A stretch of 63,534 nucleotides of DNA, filler included, from Octopus bimaculoides (taxonomy: Eukaryota), in assembly GCF_001194135.2 (NCBI RefSeq). It is 9 parts of 8 records of this genome, joined end to end, with 100 filler letters (N's around TTAATTAATTAA, not from the genome) between each part and the next. Parts side by side here need not be neighbours in the genome. Positions count along the whole stretch, not along the records: positions 46,712 to 50,153 come from NC_068994.1; positions 50,254 to 52,966 come from NW_026386404.1; positions 53,067 to 57,366 come from NC_068986.1; positions 57,467 to 61,519 come from NC_069002.1; positions 61,620 to 63,534 come from NW_026431774.1; 4 more parts are not named here. One strand, 5' to 3'. Position 1 is the first letter of the stretch. Each line of letters starts with the position of its first letter. This document shows positions 48,914-62,376 of the stretch, piece after piece. The notes beneath the pieces are model-generated. The model saw nothing but the letters and a program-made list of their open reading frames with translations. It ran no database searches and was not told the DNA's origin. Both the position numbers and the translations under genes were made by a program.

Positions 48914-49230
48914 TAATAATAATAATGATATTTTATAAGCTTAAAGCTTATAGGCGATCAATGTGTATTGGCTAAAGAAAATAATCTAACATTGAGGCAT
49001 ATTTGCCCTCGACAGAAAAAAGTGCGTTTTCCGTGCGCGTAGGACTCAAACTTACATCTCTGTGTTAACCCACTTTTTATAAAAACCACATTATGACTTT
49101 ATAGTTCTTAATCTGACAGAAACGAGCTTTAAGCTTATAAGCTTTAAGATTATAAAATATCATTTACAGAATTGTAAAATTCGGCACCGCTTTTCGAAAA
49201 CATCGCAGAAAACGCACATGATAGCTTACG
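48565..49230. repeat. Tandem-plus-foldback repeat containing a tRNA-like cassette
   Basis: The unit at 48565-48870 is partly repeated at 48925-49070. The segment 49120-49228 is the reverse complement of 48797-48950 without its (AAT)n. Confidence 0.7.
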
Positions 49231-49755
49231 TCTAGATAGATATTTATATTTAAAGACTATGTAAACAGGAGATATTGGATATAGAAATCACGCTTTATTA
49301 CCTAATACTATGAATTCATCTTCACCGTACAAACAGATAAACGACGAATTATTGTTATATCACATGAAATGTTTCCTTCTCGAGCTGTGCCAGGCTCTTA
49401 AGGGCCGGTTCCCCGGTTTCAGTGGCCTATATATTCCCCACCTGGACGGGACGCAGATCCGTCGCAGGGTTACTCATTTTTGCCAGCTCAAGAACACAAC
49501 TCGACAACCAGTCCGGGAATCGAAACCACAATCTTATGATCATGAGTCCAACACCCTAACCAGTAAGCAACGCGCTCCACTATATCACATATACAATAAA
49601 TTTAGTACATTACAACCGCATTATTACACCAACACAGGCGAATGGAGACTGCTTCATGTAGAAACGCAGTGTTCGCTAACTTAAACCATATTTCATACTT
49701 CGAAGAATAAATACCTTAGCACATTCAAAAAGTAAAACATTGCTTATATTGTTAA

Positions 49756-49799
<44 letters not shown>

Positions 49800-50120
49800 G
49801 CGTATATGCATTTATATAGATATATATAAATGTAAGTAATTCTTCTAGTATATTTTTAAAATACGTTTTCATTAGTGCAAGCATCTGATATAGAAGTTAA
49901 TACGTTGATTAGAGTGGAATGGTATGATTATTAAAAAGGCATATTATAAGAATAAATGAATATATCAAGTGTATATATGTACTCCATATACGTAAACACA
50001 CGTATATAGATATATATATACATCCATACATATATATATATATACGTATATATATATATATTCATATATATTCATATATATATATACACATACATGCATA
50101 TATATATGTGTGTGTATATA

Positions 50121-50153
<33 letters not shown>

Positions 50154-50254
50154 NNNNNNNNNNNNNNNNNNNNNNNNNNNNNNNNNNNNNNNNNNNNTTA
50201 ATTAATTAANNNNNNNNNNNNNNNNNNNNNNNNNNNNNNNNNNNNNNNNNNNNT

Positions 50255-52152
50255 GAGCAACACACAATAAACAAAGCCTTCTGGAAAAAGGTTCGAAAAA
50301 GATACGGAAAGGTCATTTGAAGCAGTTTTGGGGGTGAATCGAATATTTTCATGAAGTAAAGGTTAAAATATATGAATAAATAATAAAACTTGAAACATGG
50401 AAAACATCAGCTTCCCAGTTATCCGTATTCTCGTGTGATGTTAATAAAAAATTAACAACGTTACAAGAATGATAAAATTAAAAAAAAGGAAGAAATATTT
50501 ATCGATCTCAACATAGGGAGAACAGGCCGGAAGAAATATCAGATAATATTGTTAATTTACTTAAGCAATTAATATTTTTTCTTACATTACATTCCATTTT
50601 CAACTTTATCTGTAAAACAGATAAAATGTATATTTTATAACTAAAATGGAAGTTTTAGGCAAGTCACTACATTGTAATACTTTGTTCGTGGAATTGGTCG
50701 ATGGACCTGGTGTAGCCTCAGCAAGAAAGCTCAGATATGAATCTGATCAAGCCACGATTAGATATGCTGGGAAGTCGTAATTGCGAAAAGCCACACTCAC
50801 TTTGTTGGACCTTTCATCTAATCGCGCATATACCATTCCCAAAGAACACAAGAATGACGTTTGAAGTAATAGAGAAAGTGAAAACTGATTCGTATAAATT
50901 CATACATCCCCAAAAATATGAACGGACACTTTAAACAAAATGATAAACATTTAAAGTGTATAAAAAAAAATGTATAAATTGGCACATTAAAATAATGTTT
51001 TTTTATGTAAGAAATGAATATTGTATTTAAAACTGCTGAGGAATATTGCTAATTTTGCTGTCAAGGGAACTAACTCTCTTCGGTTTGTAAAANNNNNNNN
51101 NNCGGACACTTTAAACAAAATGATAAACATTTAAAGTGTATAAAAAAAAATGTATAAATTGGCACATTAAAATAATGTTTTTTTATGTAAGAAATGAATA
51201 TTGTATTTAAAACTGCTGAGGAATATTGCTAATTTTGCTGTCAAGGGAACTAACTCTCTTCGGTTTGTAAAATGTCCTGGAAAATTTCCGATTTGATTTT
51301 GCGAAAGATTTTATTTTCAATAAAGTATTAAAAGACAATTTCAATTTTATATTCAAATCTTTTTCTTAATTTTTATTCTATAGAAATATACAATTATCTT
51401 AGAGTGAACAATGAACTCATGAGTGAAAATAATATATCAATTTATAAAGAATGAAGAAATATATAAATTGTCTTCTGAAAGTTGGTGTAATTCATAAATT
51501 TACTGTAATGTATACAAACTTACTTTGCTGTAAATACAATTTGAAAATGTGCGCGCGTGTGTGTGTTTACGTGCGTGTGGGTGTGTGGACTTGGTATTTT
51601 TGTGGCACTGCATGTGTCGAGGTCGATAGGTAAATTATTTTTGCTGCTTGTGACATCGCCTCGTTGATAGCCAACAAGAATTCTTCAATTTCCTGAATAT
51701 TACATTCTATTTTAGGAACGCTTCTGTTGCACCTTTACGGCTTCTTCAAATAAGCTCTTCATGTTCACCTGTCGTTTGTAAGAATTTTTATTGATTGTTT
51801 TACTAAGACTTTTCTGTGTATGTGTTTGCCACGGTGACTGTGCTTGTGTAATTATGTGTATCTGGGGGTCAGAGTTAATGTATACGTGGTTCCGTGTATA
51901 CGTGCATTTAGTCTGTACGAAGGTAAGTATATATATATATATATATATGTGTGTGTATATATATGTATATATATATCGATGCATGTATGTGTTTGAGTGT
52001 GTAAGTGTATGAGCCTATGTGTTAGTGTTTTTGTGTTTTTCTATTTGGTGAGTAAATAATTTAGAAATACTAGAAAGTTTCAGAAAAATATATATATATT
52101 GTATATCGAAGGTGATCAAAAGACTCACGCACATGCATATGCGCACGCACAT

Positions 52153-52206
<54 letters not shown>

Positions 52207-52630
52207 NNNNNNNNNNCACACACACACACACACACACACACGCGCGCGCGCAGAAGTGTCGGCTTTGTTGATGAAGCTACACCAGGTCTATCAACCAATT
52301 CCAAGAGTAGAATGGAATAGTATTATGTACTTAAATCCATGTAACTTATATCTTAGCCTTTAACTGATATTTCTTTCGATTTGCACCCCCATGTGCTGAG
52401 ATCGATAAATATTTTTTGTCTATGTTTTTGTTACATTGTTAATTTCTAATTATTATCAAACGTGAATATTGATAACTGTGAAGCCGATGCCTCTCATTTC
52501 TCTTGTTTAATCATTTTTTTAAATCTCATTTTATGAAAGTCTTCGAATCACCTCTACAACTTCTTCAAATGACCTTTTCATATTTAACCGTTGTGTTTTA
52601 AGAGGTTTTGTTTATTGTGCTTTGCTAAAC
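50255..52630. repeat. Diverged ~300-bp inverted arms (50255-50560 and 52355-52630), with a third partial copy near 51700-51800
   Basis: cacaataaacaaagcc...aaaggtcatttgaagcagttttgggggtgaatcgaa and aaatatttatcgatctcaacat..gaaatatcag are matched in reverse complement on the right arm. Confidence 0.55.
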
Positions 52631-53066
52631 ATTATATTGTGTATGTGCGTGAGGTTGTATGACTGAAAAGACTCTAGTAGGAAGCAAAATAATAAGAATA
52701 TTAATTAAATAGTTAGGCAGTAATTAAATAATAAGGAAATTAATTAAATAGTTAGGCAGTATTTCGATGGTGATATTCCACATTTACCCTGTCCGATTGT
52801 ACCTACACATCCAAAGATATCCTTTATTTAAAGAATCCCTTCGCGAAGACGTTTATGTGTCTTAATACAATTTACTTTCTGCATTAAAAGAAGTCATTTC
52901 CAACAAAAATATCTCAAACGAATCATTATCTTTGTCGTTGATTTCGTAGAATGACGGGGGCAGGGGNNNNNNNNNNNNNNNNNNNNNNNNNNNNNNNNNN
53001 NNNNNNNNNNTTAATTAATTAANNNNNNNNNNNNNNNNNNNNNNNNNNNNNNNNNNNNNNNNNNNN

Positions 53067-53107
<41 letters not shown>

Positions 53108-53629
53108 GTATATAAATTGTGTTTGTGCTTGCGAGTGTATATGCACGTGCGAGAGTATCTGTGTTTGTGATTGCCCTCATCACAAACATTTCTAACTGGT
53201 TTGCTCACATCATGCTATTAAGAAATTTGACAAAAGAAGGGAAAAGGATCGACAGAAAAAGTAAATGTCCCCAAAAAAAAATGAAAGAAACATTAATGTT
53301 TGCGGTTTATTCAAGTTAAGTCGCTCAAGGTGATGTTCCAGGACTACAGCTGTCCAAGCACTGAAAATTTTATAGGAATACGACAACATACTTATTTTGC
53401 CGAAAGTTATATCAAAGTATTGCGTTGGACAGCAAGGATAGCATAGAAGATGCATTCTCAATGTGCTTATCAGTGTGATTGAACTCAGGATCTAATGATT
53501 CGAAGTGAACATCTAAACCAGTCAGCTATGCCTTATTTTATAGCACTGAACACAGGGTATGCGTCAAGAGACAGAGCTAAGATTAGCAATTAATGCATTG
53601 GGCTTAACACGAGAGATAATTAAGATTAC

Positions 53630-54078
53630 ATTAATTGAGGGTGGAGAGTTTCTGACTGGACGTCAGTGTTAATGTATGATAGTGAAGTATGTGAGAGGAA
53701 GAATGGAGTGTAAATAAGTGAAGGTGTGTAGATGAGCACGTGAGTTGAGGCGACGTGGTAGAAGTATGTGTACAAGAAAGAGGGTGCAAGTATGAGTGTA
53801 GAAGTTAGGATGAAAGCCCAAGTGATGGAAAAAGGGGTGGAAGTGTGTATAAAGGAGACAGGGTGGATGTTTGAGTGAAGTAGACGACGTGTGAGAGTCA
53901 GTAAAGAAGAAGGGGTGGAAGTCTGAGGGACGAAGCTGGGGTAAGATTCTAAGCGGATAAACTTCAAAAAAGAAACTATCAAGATGAGTGAAATGTTTGA
54001 AAAAAACAATGAAGAAAGAAAATAGAGTATGAAGATAAATAGTAAGTTCTGGAATTGGCGTGATCGTGAGAGAAAGGT

Positions 54079-54125
<47 letters not shown>

Positions 54126-54700
54126 GTGAGTGAGTGGAGAGAGAGAAAGAAAGAAAGAATTGTATGTGTGTGTGTATAAAATAAATAATGAGATACGTAG
54201 GATAAAAAAGGATTGAACATGTGGATACTGACAAGTACAAGGTGGGGGGGGGGGAAACGGTTTTGAAAAGAGGATGGGAAGCAGAAAAGATATGTAAATA
54301 AGGAGAGAGGGAGTGAGATAGAAAGGGGGATGTGAAAAATTGAAAATTGAATGAGAGAGGGAGAATGAGAAAGGAGAAATTGTGCATTGATATGTAAGAG
54401 AGTAGTAAAATACAAGTTAGAAAGAGTGTAAGAGAAAGAGAGAGAGGGGGGGAGAAAGAGAGGGAGAAATGGAGGCAAATACAGAAAGAGGGCTAAGAAT
54501 ATGACTCTATAAAAAGATAGTTGGATCCAGAGAGAGGGAGAGAAAGAGAGAGAGAGAGAGTATAAATAAATATATATATGAGAATGGTAAAAATGGAGAA
54601 AAAAATAAAATAGAGAGAGAAATAGTAAGATTATGAGAGAAAATGATGGAAGCTGAGAAAGATAGAAAGAGAGAGGATGTTATATGAATACATAACCTGG
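53630..54700. repeat. GA-rich low-complexity region with (GA)n; a similar (GATA)n/(GA)n/(GACA)n block lies at 58780-59220
   Basis: Directly visible purine-strand bias and microsatellites. Confidence 0.85.
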
Positions 54701-54870
54701 AGGTCCATTCAGTCATCACGCACAAATTTACCTGCCAGTCACCATGTCAAACGACCAACTATGCCATTTTATTATTTTTACTTGTACCTTGTCTTTCTTG
54801 AGACGTTAAGCTAACTTTTCGTTTTATCTCTACATCTCAGACTCCAATGAGATAATATCTCAATATGTAT

Positions 54871-54917
<47 letters not shown>

Positions 54918-55590
54918 NNNNNNNNNNNNNNNNNNNNNNNNNNNNNNNNNNNNNNNNNNNNNNNNNNNNNNNNNNNNNNNNNNNNNNNNNNNNNNNNNNN
55001 NNNNNNNNNNTATATATATCTGTATACGTGTGTATGTGAATGTGGGTGTGTATGTATGGACTAATTATAATATATTATTTTATTTTGTATCCATATTTTA
55101 ATTATATTAAAGTTAAGTAGCTAACTGTTGCAGCTGCTTAATACTCACATGTATATATGTATTTGTATACATGTATGTATTCAAAATGGCCACTTTCATA
55201 TATCATCAAATTAATGTATTCTCTTACTTTTATCATACATATATGATGTACACAAATATATATACAGTATAAGATAACGACCTTGTGTGAGATAGGAGCC
55301 ATATGTACCATAACGTACACAAGTTTACAATTTTATGGAAATTTCAGTTATGACGCTTTAACAAATTAATTAGCTTTTCCCTGTCAATGTCAATAAAGTG
55401 CCAAAAATATATATACAATGAACCTTTAGTCACCTGAATATTGAAGTACATACCATCTTAGAATAGTTTTTACCGTTGCTGGAGCAATTATCATTTCATA
55501 GCTCTGCAATTTAATCAGCTGAAAATGAGAGTACTTTCCGAAGCTCAAACGGTTCTCTCTCCCTCGCTCACGCTTTCCTTCTCTCGCTCA

Positions 55591-55680
<90 letters not shown>

Positions 55681-56709
55681 CTCTATCTCGCTCTCCCCTC
55701 TTTCTGTTTTCAAGTAGCGTTTTCACGTACTGCTCACGACTACAAAGCCACTTGAAACTATTAATGAACGCATGGTACTTGTTACTGACCCATACTCGTT
55801 CAAGAGTAACTGCTAGCCTTTACAATTCAGTGAATGGCCAAAGTTTAACAAGCGAGGGCTGCAACAACCAGAATAAGTCGATCCCGTATTCCCTAATTGA
55901 TTTAAAGATTTAATGATTAAGACGAGGTAAATTTAACTTTTGCCTCTTTGAACAGAAGGCCCTTAGAGGGAAAAATAATAACTTTGAATTCACTTATTTC
56001 TTGTGTTATATATTCACGGTTTACCACTGCTATCAATGGCTGGAAAATATTTCTAATTGCATTAAAATATTGATTTTTTTAAAAATTGGCACCAAACAAC
56101 ATCATTTAAAAGAAGGTGTGTAGAAGAGTAAAGCATACTTCGTTGCTGATTGGTATTGATGTTTACAGAATACAAAAGAATGGATTTAATGTAAGTGCGA
56201 TTTGAACACAGAACATTGACTTACATAACTAAATGCTATTTAGTCGCGTCAATTCAGTCAGGTAGATATAGATTTAACACATGGTTAAATATAACCAGTA
56301 GTTATTGGAAATGTAGACATTTTTACAAGAGCATCAATAGCGGAGTTATTAGAGCGCCAAATATTATTACCGGTGATATTTGTCACTGTTCTCTACGTTC
56401 AGATTTTAAATAATAATAATAAGCACCTTTGGAAACATGGGTGTTTTGCTCAACATCCTTAAACAAACCTTATTCAGGGACCTTTTGAGCAGGATGGACT
56501 ACTCGACCTGAAGAAAGTTCTAATTGGGCCCCCCCCCCCTGCGAGGTCATGCGCTGTTTTTCTTTATATGAGATCACCATGTTGCGCACATATGGTTGTG
56601 ATGCATGTGCCTGGTGTACCCTTATCAGACGGGTAGTCATAATGGGTATAAGGGGCTTCGTATATTTTACCCCAGTGTCACTTTGATGGCATGCACTGCT
56701 CTCTCACTC

Positions 56710-56777
<68 letters not shown>

Positions 56778-57268
56778 TGATGTTTAGTTCCACATTAACT
56801 CGTATTACGCAAATTTATATTCAAAAGATTCTCGTCAGTTTAAGAACAAGTAGGCGTATATAATCTCTTTCACATTATACTGGACAGCATTATTTTAGGG
56901 AGATTTGGCGACTCCCTGAAATTATAAGCGCACCGACCACATACAAGTCTACCCATCGACTCGTGAATACTCCAGAGACATTGCAGAGCCACTAATGCAA
57001 TGTCCCTGGTAATTAGCGAGCAATGCAGACGCACTCACCGCGCTACATCACTCACCTTCAGGCACATATTTTTTCCTGGTCAGTTCATGCCGTTGTGTTT
57101 TTCTTACCCAGCTCTTGGTCACTTGTTGATTTGTTAGTTTTCATGATTTCTTGCTATTGTGTTGACCAGTTCAGTTAATTTTGTAGTTCTATTGATGATC
57201 AATGTCTTTGTAAGCTGATAGCAATCAGTTGATTTTGTTTGCAGTCAGTTGGTAGCCTTCATTTTGTA

Positions 57269-57304
<36 letters not shown>

Positions 57305-57469
57305 CGCTGTTGGTCAGTTGTTATGGCAGTAGGAATGTTACATGTTTATTTCACTAATTGATAATANNNNNNNNNNNNNNNNNNNNNNNNNNNNNNNNNN
57401 NNNNNNNNNNTTAATTAATTAANNNNNNNNNNNNNNNNNNNNNNNNNNNNNNNNNNNNNNNNNNNNGGG

Positions 57470-57580
57470 ATTCCAGGCAGGGCTTTCGGGATAGTCCTCA
57501 AAGTCAGGAACTTTCCAGTATCCCCATCGTTTTGATATTCTTCGTCAAGATTGCCTTTAGGAGTTTTTTATTTTTTTAAA
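57470..57580 (-). mobile_element. Possible R4/Dong C-terminal fragment
   Basis: Reading across a frameshift gives LTKNIKTMGILE..PDLRTIPKA, resembling the segment before the LLGTA motif. Confidence 0.3.
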
Positions 57581-57743
57581 TGTTCGCTGAGATAAATCGA
57601 CGGAAGTTGAGATTGATATACTCCTCCACCTCCTCCTCCTCCTACTACTACTACTACTATTACTACTACTACCACCACCACTACTACTACCACTAGTACC
57701 ACCTCCACCACTACCCCCAAGAACCACCACCACCACCACCACC

Positions 57744-57776
<33 letters not shown>

Positions 57777-57867
57777 GCTACTACTACTGCTACTACTGCA
57801 ACTACTGCTGCTGCTGCTGCTTCTGATGCCACAGCTGCTGCCACTACTTCTACCCCCGCTACCACTA

Positions 57868-57904
<37 letters not shown>

Positions 57905-58929
57905 CACTACCATTAATCTTCCCCCACCAATCCCCTCCCATATATGTCTTGGAGATATTTTGGCTTCAGAGAAGAAAATTCTTGTAAATGGTTCTCTTTT
58001 GTCCGGCATTAATCCCATAATTGGGTGTGCCGAGGTACACTACGGCAGATGGAACTGGCACAAGGCAGGGAAGGCGGTGGTGATGGGGGTGGGGGGAATG
58101 GACGCAGTGGTAGTCATGGTGGGGGAGAGATTTCTGGTCGAAATGGTGGTGGTNNNNNNNNNNGTGATGATGGTGGTGATGATGGTGGTGATGACGGTAG
58201 TGGCGATGGGGAAGGTGGTGGTGATGGTGGTGGGGTCGATGGTGGTGATGGTAATGGTGGCGGTGGTGGTAGTGGTAGTGGTGATGGTAGTGGTGGTGGT
58301 GATGATGGTGGTGGGGTCGATGGTGGTGATGGTGTGGTAATGTTGTTATTCGTAGTGGTTGTTAAAGTGACGTACTTGTGATGGTGGTAGAGGTGGTGGT
58401 GGTGGTGTTGGTGGTTATGGTGAAAGAAATGTTGGTGAAGATGACGGTAGTAGTGATTGTGGTGGTTGTAGTAGTGGTGGCAGTTGTGGTGATGGTAATA
58501 GTAGCGATGATGTTGGTGGTGGTGTTAGTGGTGGTGGTTATGGTGGTGGTTGTTGTGGTGATAGTGGTGATAGCAGTAATAGTAGCGATGGTGGCTTTGG
58601 CGTTGGTAGTGGAGGTAGTGGTGGTGGTGGTGGTTGGGGGTGTTGGTGGTACGGTATTCTTCACCAGAACGCTATTGTGATTTAATGGCCTCGCTATCAA
58701 ATTTATTATTTGGACACTCCATCCGGGTTCCTATTTTATAGCTTTCTGCTTACGTGTTTATCAATATAAGATGGCTGAAGTGAGAAGACAGAGTGACAGA
58801 CAGACTGACTGCCAGACTGACAAGCTGACATACAGACAGACGAACAGATAGACAGATACACGGACAGTCGGGCAGTTAGGCAGAAAAGCTGGCAAACTGA
58901 TAAAGAAATGGACAAAGAAAGACAGACAG

Positions 58930-58995
<66 letters not shown>

Positions 58996-59014
58996 AGAGA
59001 GAAAAGAGATAGGC

Positions 59015-59065
<51 letters not shown>

Positions 59066-60198
59066 CAGACAGATAAATAGAGAGAGCGAGAGAGAGGGGG
59101 AGAGAAAGCGATAGGTGGATAGGCAGAGATAAAGAGAGAAAAAGAGAGAGATAAATATATAAACAAATAGATGGACAGACAGACAGACAGATAGATAAAT
59201 AGATAAAAACAAAATACAAACAAAATACATAGGTATTCCTATGTGTAAGGTCCTAATCTCTCGCAACATTCCCAAATTTCTCTATTCACATCTCTCTCTC
59301 TCTCTCTTTTATCTCTTTTACTTTCCACCTCTCTCTCTATCCCTTTCTTTCTACCGCGCTTTCTCTCTCTTTTTCTATTTCTCTTTGACACTTCTGTTCG
59401 TCACTTTTCATTTCTTTTGATGAACAACGAATGTCCGAAACGTTAAGTCACTCACTTTCTTCAGCGAGAAAAATGAGCGTCCTAACTTTGATGCATTGTT
59501 CATTTTAATGTTTAATTTCACGACACACATATTTACATACACTCGATCGTACATACGTACATATTGTGCATATAAGTTTGTATATAAGCATCTACTATCT
59601 GTAACACCCACTACATATATGTACAAACACACACACACAGATATACATACTCAAATACAGATGGATGGACAAAAAAATGAGCATCTGTGTTCGTCGAAGT
59701 ATTCTAGACTATATTTGTATACATGTATGTGTATGTGGATATGGGTGTATATGTCTCACCATGTTTGATTCTACGTACGTGCATGTGTTTATGTGTGCAT
59801 GTGTGCGTGCGTGCATGCGTGCATGTGTGCGGGTGTGTATGTGTATGTGCTGATGTAGAATACATGTTTCCGAAATCTCCAGTGTCATGCCAGTTGGTTT
59901 CATGTTTACGAAATTAGAAGCAAGTCCTGACGGCAGATTAAGTCGTAGAAATAATGAACGACAAACATTTTCCCCCTCATTCTCTCCACTTCAAACATTT
60001 AATGCGCATGTTCCCCTCATACACACACTCTCTCTCACACACACACAGACATATACATGCTTACGTACATATATAAATACATATGTACGCATATATGCAC
60101 ACAAACACACACACAGATACACATATGTTCATATTGTGTATATATATNNNNNNNNNNNNNNNNNNNNNNNNNNNNNNNNNNNNNNNNNNNNNNNNNNN

Positions 60199-60236
<38 letters not shown>

Positions 60237-61439
60237 TGTGTGTGTGTATGTGCGTGTGTGTATGGTGGGTGCGTACATACATACCTATGTACAACATACA
60301 CATATATACAACTGTGTTTCTTTGTATGTATGTATATGTCTGCGCTTGTGTGTATAAAATATAATTGCATTAATTGAAAAATAATGCCTAAGTTTAATCA
60401 TACCCATATGTGTGTGTGTTTTTCTGTGTGTGCATGCATAAATATACGTACATATATATGTATGTATGTGTGTGTGTGTTTGTGTTTGTGTAATGAAATA
60501 TTACAAATATAGCATTTTTCAGTTAAACTTTAGTTATTCAATTAAAATGATATATACGTGTGCATTTCTACATTCATATATATATATATATATATACACA
60601 CACATATACCTGGAAGAATATGTATACCTCTGTAATATTGTCTACACATACACACATACACATATATATGTAGGTACAGAAACACACATATATATTCATT
60701 CAATTTTACTCGTCTACTCGTAAGCACACACGTATACTCACACATCTACAAACAAAATGTACTCTCTCGCACACATACACACATAGTGACATGTCCATAC
60801 ATTCGTACACAATTTCCACATTATTGAAACTCAATTTTTCCGCATATATAATAACATTTATATTTGCATATATACATTTATTCTCCGTGAAACTCACACA
60901 TATTTCTGAGTACACCTGCATAAATTTGAGACATGTCCTATCAAAAACTCACAGACTTACACACATACATTAATACATACGTATACACATACATGTATAT
61001 ACATTTATTTACATACTCTTTAAAATTTGAAACTTCTAAGTTTTGACAAATAAAAAAAATTGCCAGAACAAATGTGTCTTAAAGACCGTTTATTCTCTCA
61101 ATCTTAATAGAAAAATTTTCGGTTCAAAACGGTCTTGTCTATGATGGAATTTTTGTGTCTTTGAAAGATGTGTTTTCTTCTCTTCGTGCTTAATTTTAAT
61201 ATAAGTAGATGCGTTTTGCCTGCATGTATATAAACTGTATTTGTGCGTGTCATTAGTTTTGTGTTTTTGCCGTATATTATCGTGAGTGTACGTGTGTGTG
61301 TACGTGTGTGTGAGTGTGAGTGAGTCTGTGTGCATGCATGTGTGTGAGTGAGAGACAGAGAGCAAGGGAGAGAGAGGGGCAGAAAGTATTGTCCATGTTG
61401 GATTAATAAGTCTATTCTGAGTGTCTGATATAATTTTTT

Positions 61440-61519
<80 letters not shown>

Positions 61520-61619
61520 NNNNNNNNNNNNNNNNNNNNNNNNNNNNNNNNNNNNNNNNNNNNTTAATTAATTAANNNNNNNNNNNNNNNNNNNNNNNNN
61601 NNNNNNNNNNNNNNNNNNN

Positions 61620-61655
<36 letters not shown>

Positions 61656-61931
61656 CAATACATACATACATGCATCATATATATTTATATATGGTCTCCA
61701 TACTTTTGTTCTATGCATATATAGATATACATAGAGAGAGAGCGAGCGAGTGAGTTAGTGAAGTAGGGAGAGAGGTTTATAAGTATAGATTTATACTTAT
61801 GTAAGTCAATAAGTATATATATAGGAACTATGCTTTGTATAGCGGAATATGTATAAGGTTATAGTGACCTCATGCTATATGTTTGTGTATATATTTGTTT
61901 CTCTCTCTTTCTTTCTTTCTCCCCCATGTAT

Positions 61932-61963
<32 letters not shown>

Positions 61964-62149
61964 GTATATGTAAGTCATCTAAGAGACAGGGAAAAAATGC
62001 ACTTGTATATCTGTCAATAGAGTGGGTATATTATCTGAAGTGTACAGTATTGTATATCTATTATGTCCAATCTCTAAGTAACAATCTGATTATGTAACCC
62101 TGCATTCATCAGATGTAACCAATCATTCTATATCATCTACTTCTAATGA

Positions 62150-62376
62150 GCGCAAGGTTATATAATTGGATTTTTACCTAACACTCCGTTGAAACCTTTG
62201 TGCGAAACCGATTGGTAAAATTGGGCATAATAGATATTTATACTGTACACTTTGGATAATATATATGTATATTGACAGAAAAGACAACAAAAGAAAGAAA
62301 GAGACCTCGATATTATGTAAATAGAGGAATTTATCTGTAAAAACATGTGACACTTATTCGGTAGCCATGATAAAAC
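62150..62376 (-). mobile_element. Penelope-like terminal repeat (same family as 15695-15930), cut by an assembly gap
   Basis: gacaacaaaagaaagaaagagacctcgatattatgtaaatagaggaatttatctgt...ggtagccatgataaaac, then N. Confidence 0.55.

Noticed and set aside
50923-51272. Exact 170-bp direct duplication (50923-51092 and 51103-51272)
   Set aside because: The copies are identical and separated only by 10 Ns, which indicates unmerged contig overlap.
57050-57200. Minus-strand AAG|gtgagt donor
   Set aside because: All upstream frames hit stops within a short distance, and the region looks like a dispersed repeat.
19109-61575. Recurrent TTAATTAATTAA flanked by N runs (19109, 26092, 42366, 46656, 50198, 53011, 57411, 61564)
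   Set aside because: It is identical each time and always embedded in Ns, so it is an assembly gap linker rather than a biological motif.
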